A stretch of 52,687 nt of DNA from an uncultured Clostridia bacterium (lineage in GTDB: Bacteria > Bacillota > Clostridia > Christensenellales > UBA1242), in NCBI GenBank assembly GCA_947626955.1, contig CANQUB010000004.1:1-52687 (forward strand), written 5' to 3'. The position numbers and the translations under genes are program-made. This document shows, in pieces, positions 25,163-34,317 of this stretch. Within the stretch, counting starts at the first letter, position 1. Each line of letters opens with the position of its first letter. Below the pieces are notes generated by a model that did not search any database, was not told the DNA's origin, and was given only the letters and a program-made list of their open reading frames with translations.

Positions 25163-25867
25163 CTACAAGGATTTTAGATACAGCACCTCACGGGTGTTAA
25201 GGGGTCTAACTGCCCCACGCGAAAGCCCACCAAGCTTTAGATCACCAATTTGAGTGCGTTTTAGAAAACTTACATGAAGACCGCAAGCCTCAAACATCTT
25301 GCGAATTTGCCTATTCTTGCCCTCGTTAATGACCACTTCTAAGCGGGTCTCTTTTTCAAGTTTTTCCAAGATTTTCATCTTGCATTTATTGAGCCTTACT
25401 CCATCGATGACCACGCCGGCACGCATGACGGCCAGCTGGCTTTCTTGAACCTGCCCTTCAACTTTTACGACATAGGTCTTGTTGACCTCATGCGAAGGGT
25501 GAGTTAAATTAAAAGCCAAATCCCCGTCGCTAGTTAGAAGCAGCAGTCCCTCACTGTCGTAGTCAAGCCTGCCAACGGGCTTTGCCCCTTTATACTCGCT
25601 TGGCACAAGATCCATAACCGTTTTGCGGCCACGGTCGTCGCTCAGGGCAGTGATGTAGCCCTTGGGCTTGTGCATCATAATATATATAAACTCGCCCGAC
25701 GGCTTAACCACATTTTCATCAACAGTGACGACGGCATTTTCGGGCACAATGAAAGCAAGGTCAAAGACCACTTTTTGGTTGCATTTGACCTTACCCTGTC
25801 TAACTAAGTCCTCACATTTGCGGCGTGAACCCAAACCGCACGAGGCTAAATACTTATTGATACGCAT
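25163..25867 (-). CDS. rluB: rRNA pseudouridine synthase (RluB/RsuA family)
   Basis: S4 domain MRINKYLA..G..SRR; VGRLDYDSEGLLLLT; EGKNRQIRKM; synteny with scpAB-dacB. Confidence 0.88.
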   Translation of the reverse strand: MRINKYLASCGLGSRRKCEDLVRQGKVKCNQKVVFDLAFIVPENAVVTVDENVVKPSGEFIYIMMHKPKGYITALSDDRGRKTVMDLVPSEYKGAKPVGRLDYDSEGLLLLTSDGDLAFNLTHPSHEVNKTYVVKVEGQVQESQLAVMRAGVVIDGVRLNKCKMKILEKLEKETRLEVVINEGKNRQIRKMFEACGLHVSFLKRTQIGDLKLGGLSRGAVRPLNTREVLYLKSL

Positions 25868-27013
25868 CTAAAACTTCTCTATAATTTTATCTAATTGTGG
25901 GGAAATTCCTTTTTGTTCCACCTCTTCTATATTATATATTTTTTCGGAAAAAATCAACTGTTTTTCAAGATAGACCTCGATCTGCCCTATCTCGTCGCCA
26001 ACTTTCAGTGGTGCCTCGGCGTCATCTATGTTAACTTTCATTTTGACCTTGCCACGCTCGTCTTCGCTTAGCGGATAGTAAAGGTCATTTTTTACCAAAG
26101 CTTTAACGCTTTCAACTTCTCCATGCTCGACTTTAGCCTCACTAACCTGCTGCCCAGCCGAAACCAAGCGGCACAGCTTGTATTCTTTAAAACTATTATC
26201 AAGCAAACGCTGGCATTCTTCGAACATAGGCCCGCAATTTAGAAGCACGCACACCAGTTGCATACCATCCCGCGTGGCACTGCCAACAAAGCAACGCCCG
26301 GCCTTTTTGGTGTAACCCGTCTTTACTCCGTCAGCACCTTCGAACTCGCTAAGCATACGGTTTTTGTTTTTAAGGTTGCGACTAAATTTGGACTTCAGTT
26401 CATTTCTTATTGTGTGCTGCTTGGTCGAGACAATTTTTGCAAACTCAGGGTTTTTAAGAGCGTGGGCAGTAATCTTTGCAAGCTCCCTGGCCGATGTGTA
26501 ATGATCCTCGGCTGGCAGGCCATGCGGATTCATAAGATGAGTGTCCTCGTAGCCAGCCGCATGAAGGTAGTCATTTACGTCCTCCACAAATTTTTCCTCG
26601 CTGCCTGAGGTTGCAATGGCAAGAGCCACCGCACTGTCGTTGCCACTTCTTAGCATGAGACCGTATAGAAGCTCACGAATTGTCAAGTGCTCACCCTCTT
26701 TAAGGCCTATGCTTGTTCCCTCAATCCCGGTGGCCTCTTTTGGAATGGTGAACTCACGGTTGAGATCACCCACGTGCTCAATCACATATATGGCAGTGAT
26801 AATCTTTGTGGTGCTTGCCATGGGCAACCTTTCGTCTTCATTATAGGCATTTAGCACCCTACCACTTTCTTTTTCAATAACTGCCATGGCCTTGTAACTT
26901 GGCTTGCTTTCAGCCTGGGCAAAACTGAAATTAGTTTTTTGAAAAAACGCAAAAATTAATGAAAACAGTGTGAAAAATGCAAAAATAATGGCAAATTTAT
27001 CATTTTTTCTCAT
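25868..27013 (-). CDS. dacB: D-alanyl-D-alanine carboxypeptidase (DacB-like)
   Basis: Signal peptide; MASTTK, SGND, VKTG; position after ytfIJ. Confidence 0.8.
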   Translation of the reverse strand: MRKNDKFAIIFAFFTLFSLIFAFFQKTNFSFAQAESKPSYKAMAVIEKESGRVLNAYNEDERLPMASTTKIITAIYVIEHVGDLNREFTIPKEATGIEGTSIGLKEGEHLTIRELLYGLMLRSGNDSAVALAIATSGSEEKFVEDVNDYLHAAGYEDTHLMNPHGLPAEDHYTSARELAKITAHALKNPEFAKIVSTKQHTIRNELKSKFSRNLKNKNRMLSEFEGADGVKTGYTKKAGRCFVGSATRDGMQLVCVLLNCGPMFEECQRLLDNSFKEYKLCRLVSAGQQVSEAKVEHGEVESVKALVKNDLYYPLSEDERGKVKMKVNIDDAEAPLKVGDEIGQIEVYLEKQLIFSEKIYNIEEVEQKGISPQLDKIIEKF

Positions 27014-27401
27014 TTTCGTCGCCCTTTTTAATAATTTTTGTAATGCTCTTTGTAATGTCTGGAACAGTGTCCATAAACTTTTCTAGCGGGCTCTTGTCGT
27101 CAACATAGATAAGTGAGCTTTCACCGTCTTTAATTTTTAAAAGGCCTATTGGCTGCATAGTTAGCCCCGCACCACTTCCTCCAGCAAAGGGATATTTGTT
27201 GGCGTCTTTGAAATTCTTGGCCTCAGTGCCATATTCTCCTCCACCGGCAACAAAGCCCATGGACACCTTGGTAAGCGGAATAATAAGCGTTCCATCTTTG
27301 GTCTCAAAGGGCACTCCTACCACTGTATTGCTCTCGGCCATACTCTTGATTTTGTCCATGGCCGAAGTCATAATTTCATTGATTTGATTTTCTTTTTCCA
27401 T
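27000..27401 (-). CDS. ytfJ: Sporulation protein YtfJ/GerW
   Basis: NTVVG.P....G..IIP.TKVS.GF.AGGGE...PFAGGSGAG. Confidence 0.88.
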   Translation of the reverse strand: MEKENQINEIMTSAMDKIKSMAESNTVVGVPFETKDGTLIIPLTKVSMGFVAGGGEYGTEAKNFKDANKYPFAGGSGAGLTMQPIGLLKIKDGESSLIYVDDKSPLEKFMDTVPDITKSITKIIKKGDENEKK

Positions 27402-27958
27402 TTCATATTCTCCTTTATTTTCATAAATAGATAGCTAAAATATGCGTAGGCAATCGACAAGAGCATATCAAGCAGCGAGAAGGCTATGACCAGCGAGCCG
27501 CTCAGCTCCAGCCTGTCTCGATCAAACGATGGCTTTAGCGACGAAAAGACCTTGATATGCTTATACTTGTTTATGAGCATTGCAATAAGCGCCGAGCTCA
27601 TGGCACTAAGGTAGCCACAAAGCATACTGATTACATATGCGTTATAGGTAGAGCCGCTGTCCACAAAAATTTCGAATTTTTTTATGTCGATTAGTTTGAG
27701 CATACAGGCAAAATACTTTTTGCGGATATAATTTTTCTTCTTCTTTTTCTTTTTCTTAACAGCGTTGTCGACCTCTAGCCTGCCTTCGCCGGTGATTCTA
27801 AACTTGGCACAAAACAGCTTTTGATACATCAGTTTTATGGAGCCAAAGCCCACATCCTCAAGCACATTGATATGCACCGCCGCCTTGATTTTTATGGGCA
27901 CTGTAAAGATTAGGATCACGAGCACAATTATGGCTATGGCAAGCAAAAGGCTTTTCAT
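27368..27958 (-). CDS. YtfI-like membrane-anchored protein
   Basis: N-terminal TM helix; upstream of ytfJ; start placed at MKSLLL. Confidence 0.6.
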   Translation of the reverse strand: MKSLLLAIAIIVLVILIFTVPIKIKAAVHINVLEDVGFGSIKLMYQKLFCAKFRITGEGRLEVDNAVKKKKKKKKNYIRKKYFACMLKLIDIKKFEIFVDSGSTYNAYVISMLCGYLSAMSSALIAMLINKYKHIKVFSSLKPSFDRDRLELSGSLVIAFSLLDMLLSIAYAYFSYLFMKIKENMKWKKKIKSMKL

Positions 27959-27963
27959 AAAGT

Positions 27964-27992
27964 TAGATTGTGCTAAAAAACAATATTTATGC
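27964..27992 (-). promoter_or_regulatory. Forespore sigma (sigmaG/F-like) promoter of ytfIJ
   Basis: GCATA-17 bp-CAATCTA, 5 bp before the ATG. Confidence 0.45.
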
Positions 27993-28020
27993 AAAAGAAA
28001 AAGCCGAGCCTAAGCTCGGC
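27993..28020 (-). terminator. Intrinsic terminator after scpB
   Basis: GCCGAGC-ttag-GCTCGGC-tttttctttt. Confidence 0.8.
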
Positions 28021-28027
28021 AAAGTTT

Positions 28028-28753
28028 TTATACTATATCCCAGTCGTCATCTCCACTGCTATCATCACCAATGGTGTCGAGGTCCTCAGGGTTTTCTTGG
28101 TCTTCGGGCTGGCTTGCAATGGCGGCCTCGCTTGCAATGCTTTGGTCAGGAGCAAGACCTAGTTTTGCCTCCATCTCTTCGTCGCTTTCATTGATCTCGA
28201 AGTGGTTATATAGTCTATCGTCTATGCTCTTGACTGCCTTGACCTTTTCCATCAGGCTGTCGTAGTCAGGAAGATCGTCTAGCGAAGAGATATTGAACCT
28301 CTTCAAAAACTCGTCGGTCGTGCCAAATAGCACTGGCTTTCCCACCGTGTCTTTTCGGCCGACAATGCAAATGAGGTTGTGCTCAAGCAAGATATTTATG
28401 GCATAGTCGGAGTTTGCCCCTCTTATTTGCTCAATCTCCAGCCTTGTCACTGGCTGCTTGTAGGCCACAATAGACACCGTTTCGAGGGTGGATTTAGACA
28501 AATTTCTCTGCCTTATAGGATTAAGTACAGCCGACACGCTATCGACATATTGGCCGTTAGAAGAAAACTGCAGCTTGTCGTTAAACTCAAGCAGCTGTAT
28601 TCCCGAACTCTCGTTATATTTATTTTTCAGCTTTTTTACAGCATTTTTAATTTCGGCCTTTGAAGCATCTATCTTGCTTGTTATGTCGTTGATGGCCACA
28701 GCCTCGCCACTGACAAACAGTATGCTTTCAAGCACGTTCTCTAATTTATCCAT
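28028..28753 (-). CDS. scpB: SMC-Scp complex subunit ScpB
   Basis: LESILFVSG, LS...LET.SIVAYKQPVTR.EIE.IRG, G.P.LFGTTDEFL..F. Confidence 0.95.
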   Translation of the reverse strand: MDKLENVLESILFVSGEAVAINDITSKIDASKAEIKNAVKKLKNKYNESSGIQLLEFNDKLQFSSNGQYVDSVSAVLNPIRQRNLSKSTLETVSIVAYKQPVTRLEIEQIRGANSDYAINILLEHNLICIVGRKDTVGKPVLFGTTDEFLKRFNISSLDDLPDYDSLMEKVKAVKSIDDRLYNHFEINESDEEMEAKLGLAPDQSIASEAAIASQPEDQENPEDLDTIGDDSSGDDDWDIV

Positions 28754-29582
28754 TGTTTTCCTCTTTCTTAATTATATCGATGTCGCCATAAGTGCTGGTT
28801 TGCTCAACATTTATAAGTTGCTCTTTTAACAGTTCCAAAAGTGCCAAAAAGGTATTTATGATCTCGCTCTTAGAATAATCCTCTTCGAAAAGTTCACTAA
28901 ACTTGAAACGCGGTTTTATCAAAAGGTTATCCTTAATTTGAGCTATCTTCATGGCCACGGTAAAGCGGTCCTTTTCAATCTTACGCTCGGTTATTTGTTC
29001 GGCCTGCACGCTCACCTTGTGCAGCAGCGACGAAAAGGCCTCAATAAGTGCATCAACGCTGAGCTTTTCGGGCAAGATGTAGCGGTAGTTACCCACCGAG
29101 TTGTCGGGCTCTTTATAAAACTTGCCCACGTCCTCTTTTTCTTTGAGCTTCTCACTGGCCTCTTTGAAGATTTTGTATTCCTCAAGCTGCCTGTATAGTC
29201 TCTCCTCAGGGTCTTCCTCGTCAGGGTCGGCAGGCACTTCGGGCTTTGGCAACAGGTGCTTAGACTTTATTTCAAGCAGGGTGGCTGCCATAAGCGTGAA
29301 GTCGGCCGCCTTTTCCATGTCGATGGTGTCAAGTTGCTTCATCATTTCGAGGTACTGCTCGGTTATTTGCGAGATGAAGATGTCACGAATGTCAATTTTG
29401 GCTATCTTTATTAAATGATATAGTAAATCAAGCGGCCCCTCAAACTGGTCGAGCTTAAAGCTGAGCGAGCTGTCAATGTCCTCGGCCTCTTCCATGCCCT
29501 CAACCAAAATTGGGGCATCCACATCGAAGGCCTCATTTTCGCTTGCAGCGTTATTTTCAATTTCTTTTGTGTTCTCGTCCAT
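28746..29582 (-). CDS. scpA: Segregation and condensation protein ScpA
   Basis: FEGPLDLL.HLI, ITEQYL, MAATLLEIKSK.LLP, TFLALLELLK; start placed at MDENTK. Confidence 0.93.
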   Translation of the reverse strand: MDENTKEIENNAASENEAFDVDAPILVEGMEEAEDIDSSLSFKLDQFEGPLDLLYHLIKIAKIDIRDIFISQITEQYLEMMKQLDTIDMEKAADFTLMAATLLEIKSKHLLPKPEVPADPDEEDPEERLYRQLEEYKIFKEASEKLKEKEDVGKFYKEPDNSVGNYRYILPEKLSVDALIEAFSSLLHKVSVQAEQITERKIEKDRFTVAMKIAQIKDNLLIKPRFKFSELFEEDYSKSEIINTFLALLELLKEQLINVEQTSTYGDIDIIKKEENNG

Positions 29583-29583
29583 C

Positions 29584-30270
29584 TCACACCATAAGAGCAA
29601 ATAGTTTATCAAAGCCGGTCAACACCAAATTGGCCAGTCCGCCTGCAAAGAAGCTTATATATAAATCTAGCAGCGAAGTTAGAAGCAAAATTAGCACTAT
29701 CCAAAATGAATATCTCTTCATGAAAACCACATACCCGTTTTGCGGACTAGTGAAGGACTCCACCACTCTAAAGCCATCAAGCGGATAGATTGGCAAAATA
29801 TTGAAAAATGCAAACATGAAGTTTAGCGAAATCATGCAGTTAAAGAATATTTCATATAGTTCGCTTATAAAGCCGTAGCTTTGGAAGAGCTCGGGCCACA
29901 CGAAGTTTAGCAGCGAATATAAAAAGCATGAAATAACGCCAATCAGCAAATTGACAAGTACCCCGGCAAATGCCACTCTAAGTTTGCTTCGGGTGCCATG
30001 CTTAAAATTCCTTGGATCTACTGGGACAGGCTTAGCAAAGCCAATGCCAAATATCAACAAAAACACCAGCCCCATGCCATCAATGTGGGCAAATGGTGCA
30101 AGTGTGTAACGCTTTAAAGCAATTGGTGTGTAGTCTCCCTCTTTGACGGCGGCGTGTGCATGAGCGAACTCATGAAAGGACATGGTGATAAACAGCGCTG
30201 AAAGAAAAGTAATGAGTAGCGCCAAGAGTGCAAGAGGTTGTGACCAATATTGAAGTGAATCTACTACCAT
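29584..30270 (-). CDS. Site-2 protease (M50) family protein
   Basis: HEFAH zinc motif, GD.T, AKPVPV, AG..VN, FNILPIYPLDG. Confidence 0.9.
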   Translation of the reverse strand: MVVDSLQYWSQPLALLALLITFLSALFITMSFHEFAHAHAAVKEGDYTPIALKRYTLAPFAHIDGMGLVFLLIFGIGFAKPVPVDPRNFKHGTRSKLRVAFAGVLVNLLIGVISCFLYSLLNFVWPELFQSYGFISELYEIFFNCMISLNFMFAFFNILPIYPLDGFRVVESFTSPQNGYVVFMKRYSFWIVLILLLTSLLDLYISFFAGGLANLVLTGFDKLFALMV

Positions 30271-30361
30271 AACTTTAATTATTATAAATACTATAGCACA
30301 TATTTGTCAAACAAAAGGAGGCCAAAAGCCCTAACAAATGTGCTTTTAACCCCCGCAATTG

Positions 30362-31504
30362 TTATATTTTTTTGATAATCTTGTCGAACATCTCTTTAAA
30401 GGTCTTGGCCTTTATGTCCTCATGAGACACAAGCGGCACTTGGCTTGTCACAATGTTGTTCTCGTCTAGCACATAAAGCTGCCCAACTTCGTCCCCAATT
30501 TTGACTGGAGCCTTGATGGTGTTTAGCCTATATTCGAGGCTATATTTGAGTTCGGTTCCCTTCTTCACGAATTTGACAATATCCTCTTTAGGATAAGCAA
30601 ACAGGCTTTTTGTGGTCGAATTTTTAACTTCAGCCTCACAAATTGCGTTTTTTGTAGAAATGACTACTTTATTTTCAAAGTTGTTAAAGCCGTAGTTAAA
30701 CAGATTTGTCATGTCCTTAAACCTGGTCTTGCTGTCAGGCTCACCCATGACCACTCCAATCAGTCTCATGCCTCCACGAGTGGCCGAGGCCGACAGGCAG
30801 TACCCTGCATCGTTGGTAAAACCAGTCTTACCGCTGTCACACCCCTCGTAGAATTTAATCAGTCGGTTGGTGTTGACAATATCGGTCTTTCTCCCCGATG
30901 GATGCACAAGCTCAGTCATCCAAATTTTGCTATACTTTTTGTATAGGCGATGCTCGCAGATCTTTTCATAGATCTTGGCAATGTCCCTTGCCGATGAATA
31001 GTGATCGGCGGCAGGAAGGCCGGTGCAGTTTACAAATGAGGTATCCTTAAGTCCCATTTTTTCAAAACGGCTGTTTAGTTCTTCAACAAAGGCCTGTTCG
31101 CTGCCCATAACCCTCTCGGCAAGTGCCACCGTGCTGTCGTTTGCCGAACATACAATTACTGTCATTATAAGGTCACTAACCTTGTATTTGCTCCCTTTAT
31201 CGAGAAAGGCTGATGAGCCCTCGGTGTCAGCTGCGTGCTGACTTATGGTGACAAGCTCTTCCTCGTCAAGTTTTCCTTCATCAATGGTCTCAAAAATTAA
31301 CATTAGCGATGCAAGCTTACTCATGCTGGCGATTGGATACCTTTTGTCAGCATTCTTTGCATACACTTCGGTGCCACTCTTGTAGTCATACAATAGTGCG
31401 GCCTTGGCCGATGTATTCATTTCTTCAGCATGAGCTACAGTGGCGAAGTTTGGTAGGCACAAAAAAGTCAAGATTGCAATAAGCGTATAAATTACTTTTT
31501 TCAT
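30362..31504 (-). CDS. dacF: D-alanyl-D-alanine carboxypeptidase (DacF-like)
   Basis: IASMSK, SAND, NTNRLI.FY.G.D.GKTGFT; downstream of spoIIM. Confidence 0.8.
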   Translation of the reverse strand: MKKVIYTLIAILTFLCLPNFATVAHAEEMNTSAKAALLYDYKSGTEVYAKNADKRYPIASMSKLASLMLIFETIDEGKLDEEELVTISQHAADTEGSSAFLDKGSKYKVSDLIMTVIVCSANDSTVALAERVMGSEQAFVEELNSRFEKMGLKDTSFVNCTGLPAADHYSSARDIAKIYEKICEHRLYKKYSKIWMTELVHPSGRKTDIVNTNRLIKFYEGCDSGKTGFTNDAGYCLSASATRGGMRLIGVVMGEPDSKTRFKDMTNLFNYGFNNFENKVVISTKNAICEAEVKNSTTKSLFAYPKEDIVKFVKKGTELKYSLEYRLNTIKAPVKIGDEVGQLYVLDENNIVTSQVPLVSHEDIKAKTFKEMFDKIIKKI

Positions 31505-31570
31505 GTTTTTTCTCCAAAAATGTTATTTGTACACTTATTTTTCACCAAATTTTGCTAAAATATGCGTTTT

Positions 31571-32194
31571 TTAGAAATTTAATACCACAAAACTTTTTAT
31601 GGTTATTGGAAGGATGAAGCTATAAAACAAGCACAGCACAAATAGTATGGCCACCAAAACTAGCAGCCACATGAAGTAGTTATTTTCTTTAAAACTTACC
31701 ATGAATTTGAGTTTATATTTAGATTGGAGCTTGGCACGCTCAGCCCCCACCACCAATATCATGGTCATTACAAAGAAGTTTGCAAGGTTGACTGGAAGGA
31801 TAAATAAAATTGCATTCAAAATTCCGGCAAGTCCGTATGTCGAAATGACAGCGGCCGAGCTTAGCACAATTAGTGCCGACTGATAACCAAGAAAGATGAA
31901 GCCAATGATGCTGGTATATTTAGTCAGCGTGAGCACAAATATTATAAGCACGCACAAAAGTATATTTATAAGCCTTGAATAAAATATAGATGTGTACTCA
32001 GCATTTCCCGTGATATAAGAAAACATATTTCTATCGGCCGAACTAAGCAAAGCACTGTAGCGGTAGCCGGTGACACTGATGTATATCCCTACTGCAATAC
32101 CGAGCAAGGCAAAAATGGTGGCCAGAACATAATAAAAAGCATTCGATTTAAAATGCTCTTTAACTTGATAAAAATCAAAACCCTGCCTGCTCAT
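31571..32194 (-). CDS. spoIIM: Stage II sporulation protein M-like membrane protein
   Basis: About 5 TM helices, ILP.N motif, position between spo0A-like gene and dacF, sigmaE-like -10. Confidence 0.65.
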   Translation of the reverse strand: MSRQGFDFYQVKEHFKSNAFYYVLATIFALLGIAVGIYISVTGYRYSALLSSADRNMFSYITGNAEYTSIFYSRLINILLCVLIIFVLTLTKYTSIIGFIFLGYQSALIVLSSAAVISTYGLAGILNAILFILPVNLANFFVMTMILVVGAERAKLQSKYKLKFMVSFKENNYFMWLLVLVAILFVLCLFYSFILPITIKSFVVLNF

Positions 32195-32199
32195 ATAAC

Positions 32200-32207
32200 A
32201 TTATATG
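32200..32207 (-). promoter_or_regulatory. sigmaE-like -10 element of spoIIM
   Basis: CATATAAT 5 bp before the ATG. Confidence 0.5.
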
Positions 32208-32227
32208 AGCACAAAACTCATAATTTG

Positions 32228-32995
32228 CTAAATTAATTCAATTCTTTGGTCGCCATATGAGCTGTTAATCTCTTTGTCAAGAACCAGCCTCGACACTAGC
32301 ATGGATATGGCCATATTGTTATTCATGTCGTAGGTTAGATAAGACTTTAGTTTCATATTATCTGGCGTAACCGGGGCGTCCTTTAGCTTGCTGTATGCAC
32401 AGTAAAGCGCCGTCCGCATACTCTTTTCCACCGCGCACACCGTCTTCTTGTGGTCGGCGGCAATCTCTTTGTAGATGTCCATTGTGGAATACCTAAACGG
32501 GAAACTTGAATAGGCCTTCATTATGGCGTCGACATAATATTTAAACCCATCATGCTTGCTTGAAAACATGAAGTTACATAGCAGCTCGCATATCTTTGAC
32601 CGCAGCAAATTTTCATTCCTTGCCGGCGAGGCCTCAATCTTTTTCTTCTCGGCCAAAAGCACCATGGCCAACTTGAGATCAAAATTTTCGTCACCAAGAT
32701 TGTCAATGAAAGAGTATTCGCTTGACTCATACTCCCCGCTTGCAATCAAAACAATGTTCTTGCAAAAATGGGTATGCACCATTTTTAGCAAAAATTCCAG
32801 CCTTTCGGCCTTTTCACATTCGGCATTGAAGATTATTAAATCGACCTTGTTGTCGGTCAGCCAATGCAAAAGTGTTTTATATTCATAGTCCATATACTGG
32901 CATACAAAACCTAGATTGTATAGATGAGTAGGCTCAACATAATCCTTAATTTTTTTGTTCTTATCTACTATTAATGTTTTTAAAAATAAATTCAA
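32228..32995 (-). CDS. spo0A: Diverged Spo0A-like protein (pseudo-receiver + Spo0A C-terminal DNA-binding domain)
   Basis: Canonical recN-spoIVB-spo0A position; C-terminal ICELL......H.GFKY..DAI...IY.EIA.....T...VEKSMR.AL..AY matches Spo0A_C; TTG start after AAGGGAG. Confidence 0.75.
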   Translation of the reverse strand: MNLFLKTLIVDKNKKIKDYVEPTHLYNLGFVCQYMDYEYKTLLHWLTDNKVDLIIFNAECEKAERLEFLLKMVHTHFCKNIVLIASGEYESSEYSFIDNLGDENFDLKLAMVLLAEKKKIEASPARNENLLRSKICELLCNFMFSSKHDGFKYYVDAIMKAYSSFPFRYSTMDIYKEIAADHKKTVCAVEKSMRTALYCAYSKLKDAPVTPDNMKLKSYLTYDMNNNMAISMLVSRLVLDKEINSSYGDQRIELI

Positions 32996-33102
32996 AAGTG
33001 AAACTCCCTTGCTGCCTACTATCGGCACACAAAAAGCATTCTACACCTTTTATTTGACTTTGGCAAACAATTTTTCAAATTTTTACAAAATTATTTAAAA
33101 AT

Positions 33103-34275
33103 TTAGTTATCGATCATCCAATCGATGTAAACTCCAAAGCCTTTTGTTGGGTCGCTGACAAAGACATGAGTGACCGCTCCAACCAGCTTTCCGCCTTGAA
33201 TTATCGGGCTTCCGCTCATCCCTTGAACAATCCCACCTGTGGCCTCGATGAGCCTTGGGTCGATAACTTTTATGACCATGCTCTTTGTGTCAGACTTACT
33301 TTGATGGTTTAGTTTTATTATCTCGATGTCATATTCATTGGGCTGATCGCCATCAATAGTGGTCAAGATCTTAGCTTTGCCTGTTTTAACGGTATTTCTA
33401 AACCCCACCTCGATTGGCGAAGAGGATATATTTTTCAAATACTCTTCCCCAACATTTCCATAGACACCGTAGTCATTATTATTGTCAAGCTCGCCCGCCT
33501 GGCTGCCATTTTTTAAAAACAGCCCCCTAAGCTCGCCCGGATTTCCACGAGTGCCTTTGTTGACACCAACGATATTGCATTTATAGATATATCCGCCCGA
33601 GATTGGCAGAGTTTTGCCGGTGTCTATATCGCTTATTGGATGCCCAAGGGCACCGAAACGATTATTGTCACAGCGAACATAAGTAAGTGTGCCAACTCCG
33701 GCCGCATTGTCACGAATCCATAGCCCAAGCCTATAGGTTTGCGTCGAAGCCTCCAAGACTGGAATAGCACTTTCCATAAAAGTCTTGCCGTCTCGAACAA
33801 TTTCAAGGGCCACTGGGTTTCCGTTGTTTTTATTGATGGTTTCTTGCAAACCAGCCGCACTCGTAATATCCACGCCATCAACGCTCTTTACCACATCTCC
33901 AACCTTGACATTTTTATTTTCAAGCGGCTTCACAACCCCGGTCAAGGTCTGCACGCTGCCGATTGCCACCACCATCACCCCGTCACATTCCAAAGTAAAG
34001 CCAAGAGGAAGGCCGCCGGGATAAACCATGATCTTGCGGTCATCAACTTCTTCTTTATCATTTTTAGAAAATATATCTTTTATTATATCTCGAAGAGACG
34101 GCAGTGCAGCTTCGGCCACTGCCCCTCTTGTGCTGGCCTCGACCACCACTTCACTTTGGCAAGCCATAAAATTGCTATGACACAAAAGTATTGCAAGCAG
34201 CAAAACCATGGCCACCGCGGACTTAAATATTGGTTTGAGTATTCTATCAAAAAAACAAAAAACCACTTTTTTCAT
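33103..34275 (-). CDS. spoIVB: SpoIVB peptidase (S55)
   Basis: PGG.PLG, PDZ domain, GLWIRD.AAGVGTLT, FGALGHPI.D.DT, TGGIVQGMSGSPIIQ.GKLVGAVTHVFV.DP. Confidence 0.95.
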   Translation of the reverse strand: MKKVVFCFFDRILKPIFKSAVAMVLLLAILLCHSNFMACQSEVVVEASTRGAVAEAALPSLRDIIKDIFSKNDKEEVDDRKIMVYPGGLPLGFTLECDGVMVVAIGSVQTLTGVVKPLENKNVKVGDVVKSVDGVDITSAAGLQETINKNNGNPVALEIVRDGKTFMESAIPVLEASTQTYRLGLWIRDNAAGVGTLTYVRCDNNRFGALGHPISDIDTGKTLPISGGYIYKCNIVGVNKGTRGNPGELRGLFLKNGSQAGELDNNNDYGVYGNVGEEYLKNISSSPIEVGFRNTVKTGKAKILTTIDGDQPNEYDIEIIKLNHQSKSDTKSMVIKVIDPRLIEATGGIVQGMSGSPIIQGGKLVGAVTHVFVSDPTKGFGVYIDWMIDN

Positions 34276-34317
34276 AAAAGTAGTTTTTGCCTTGCTTAAA
34301 TAAATATTTATAAAGTC

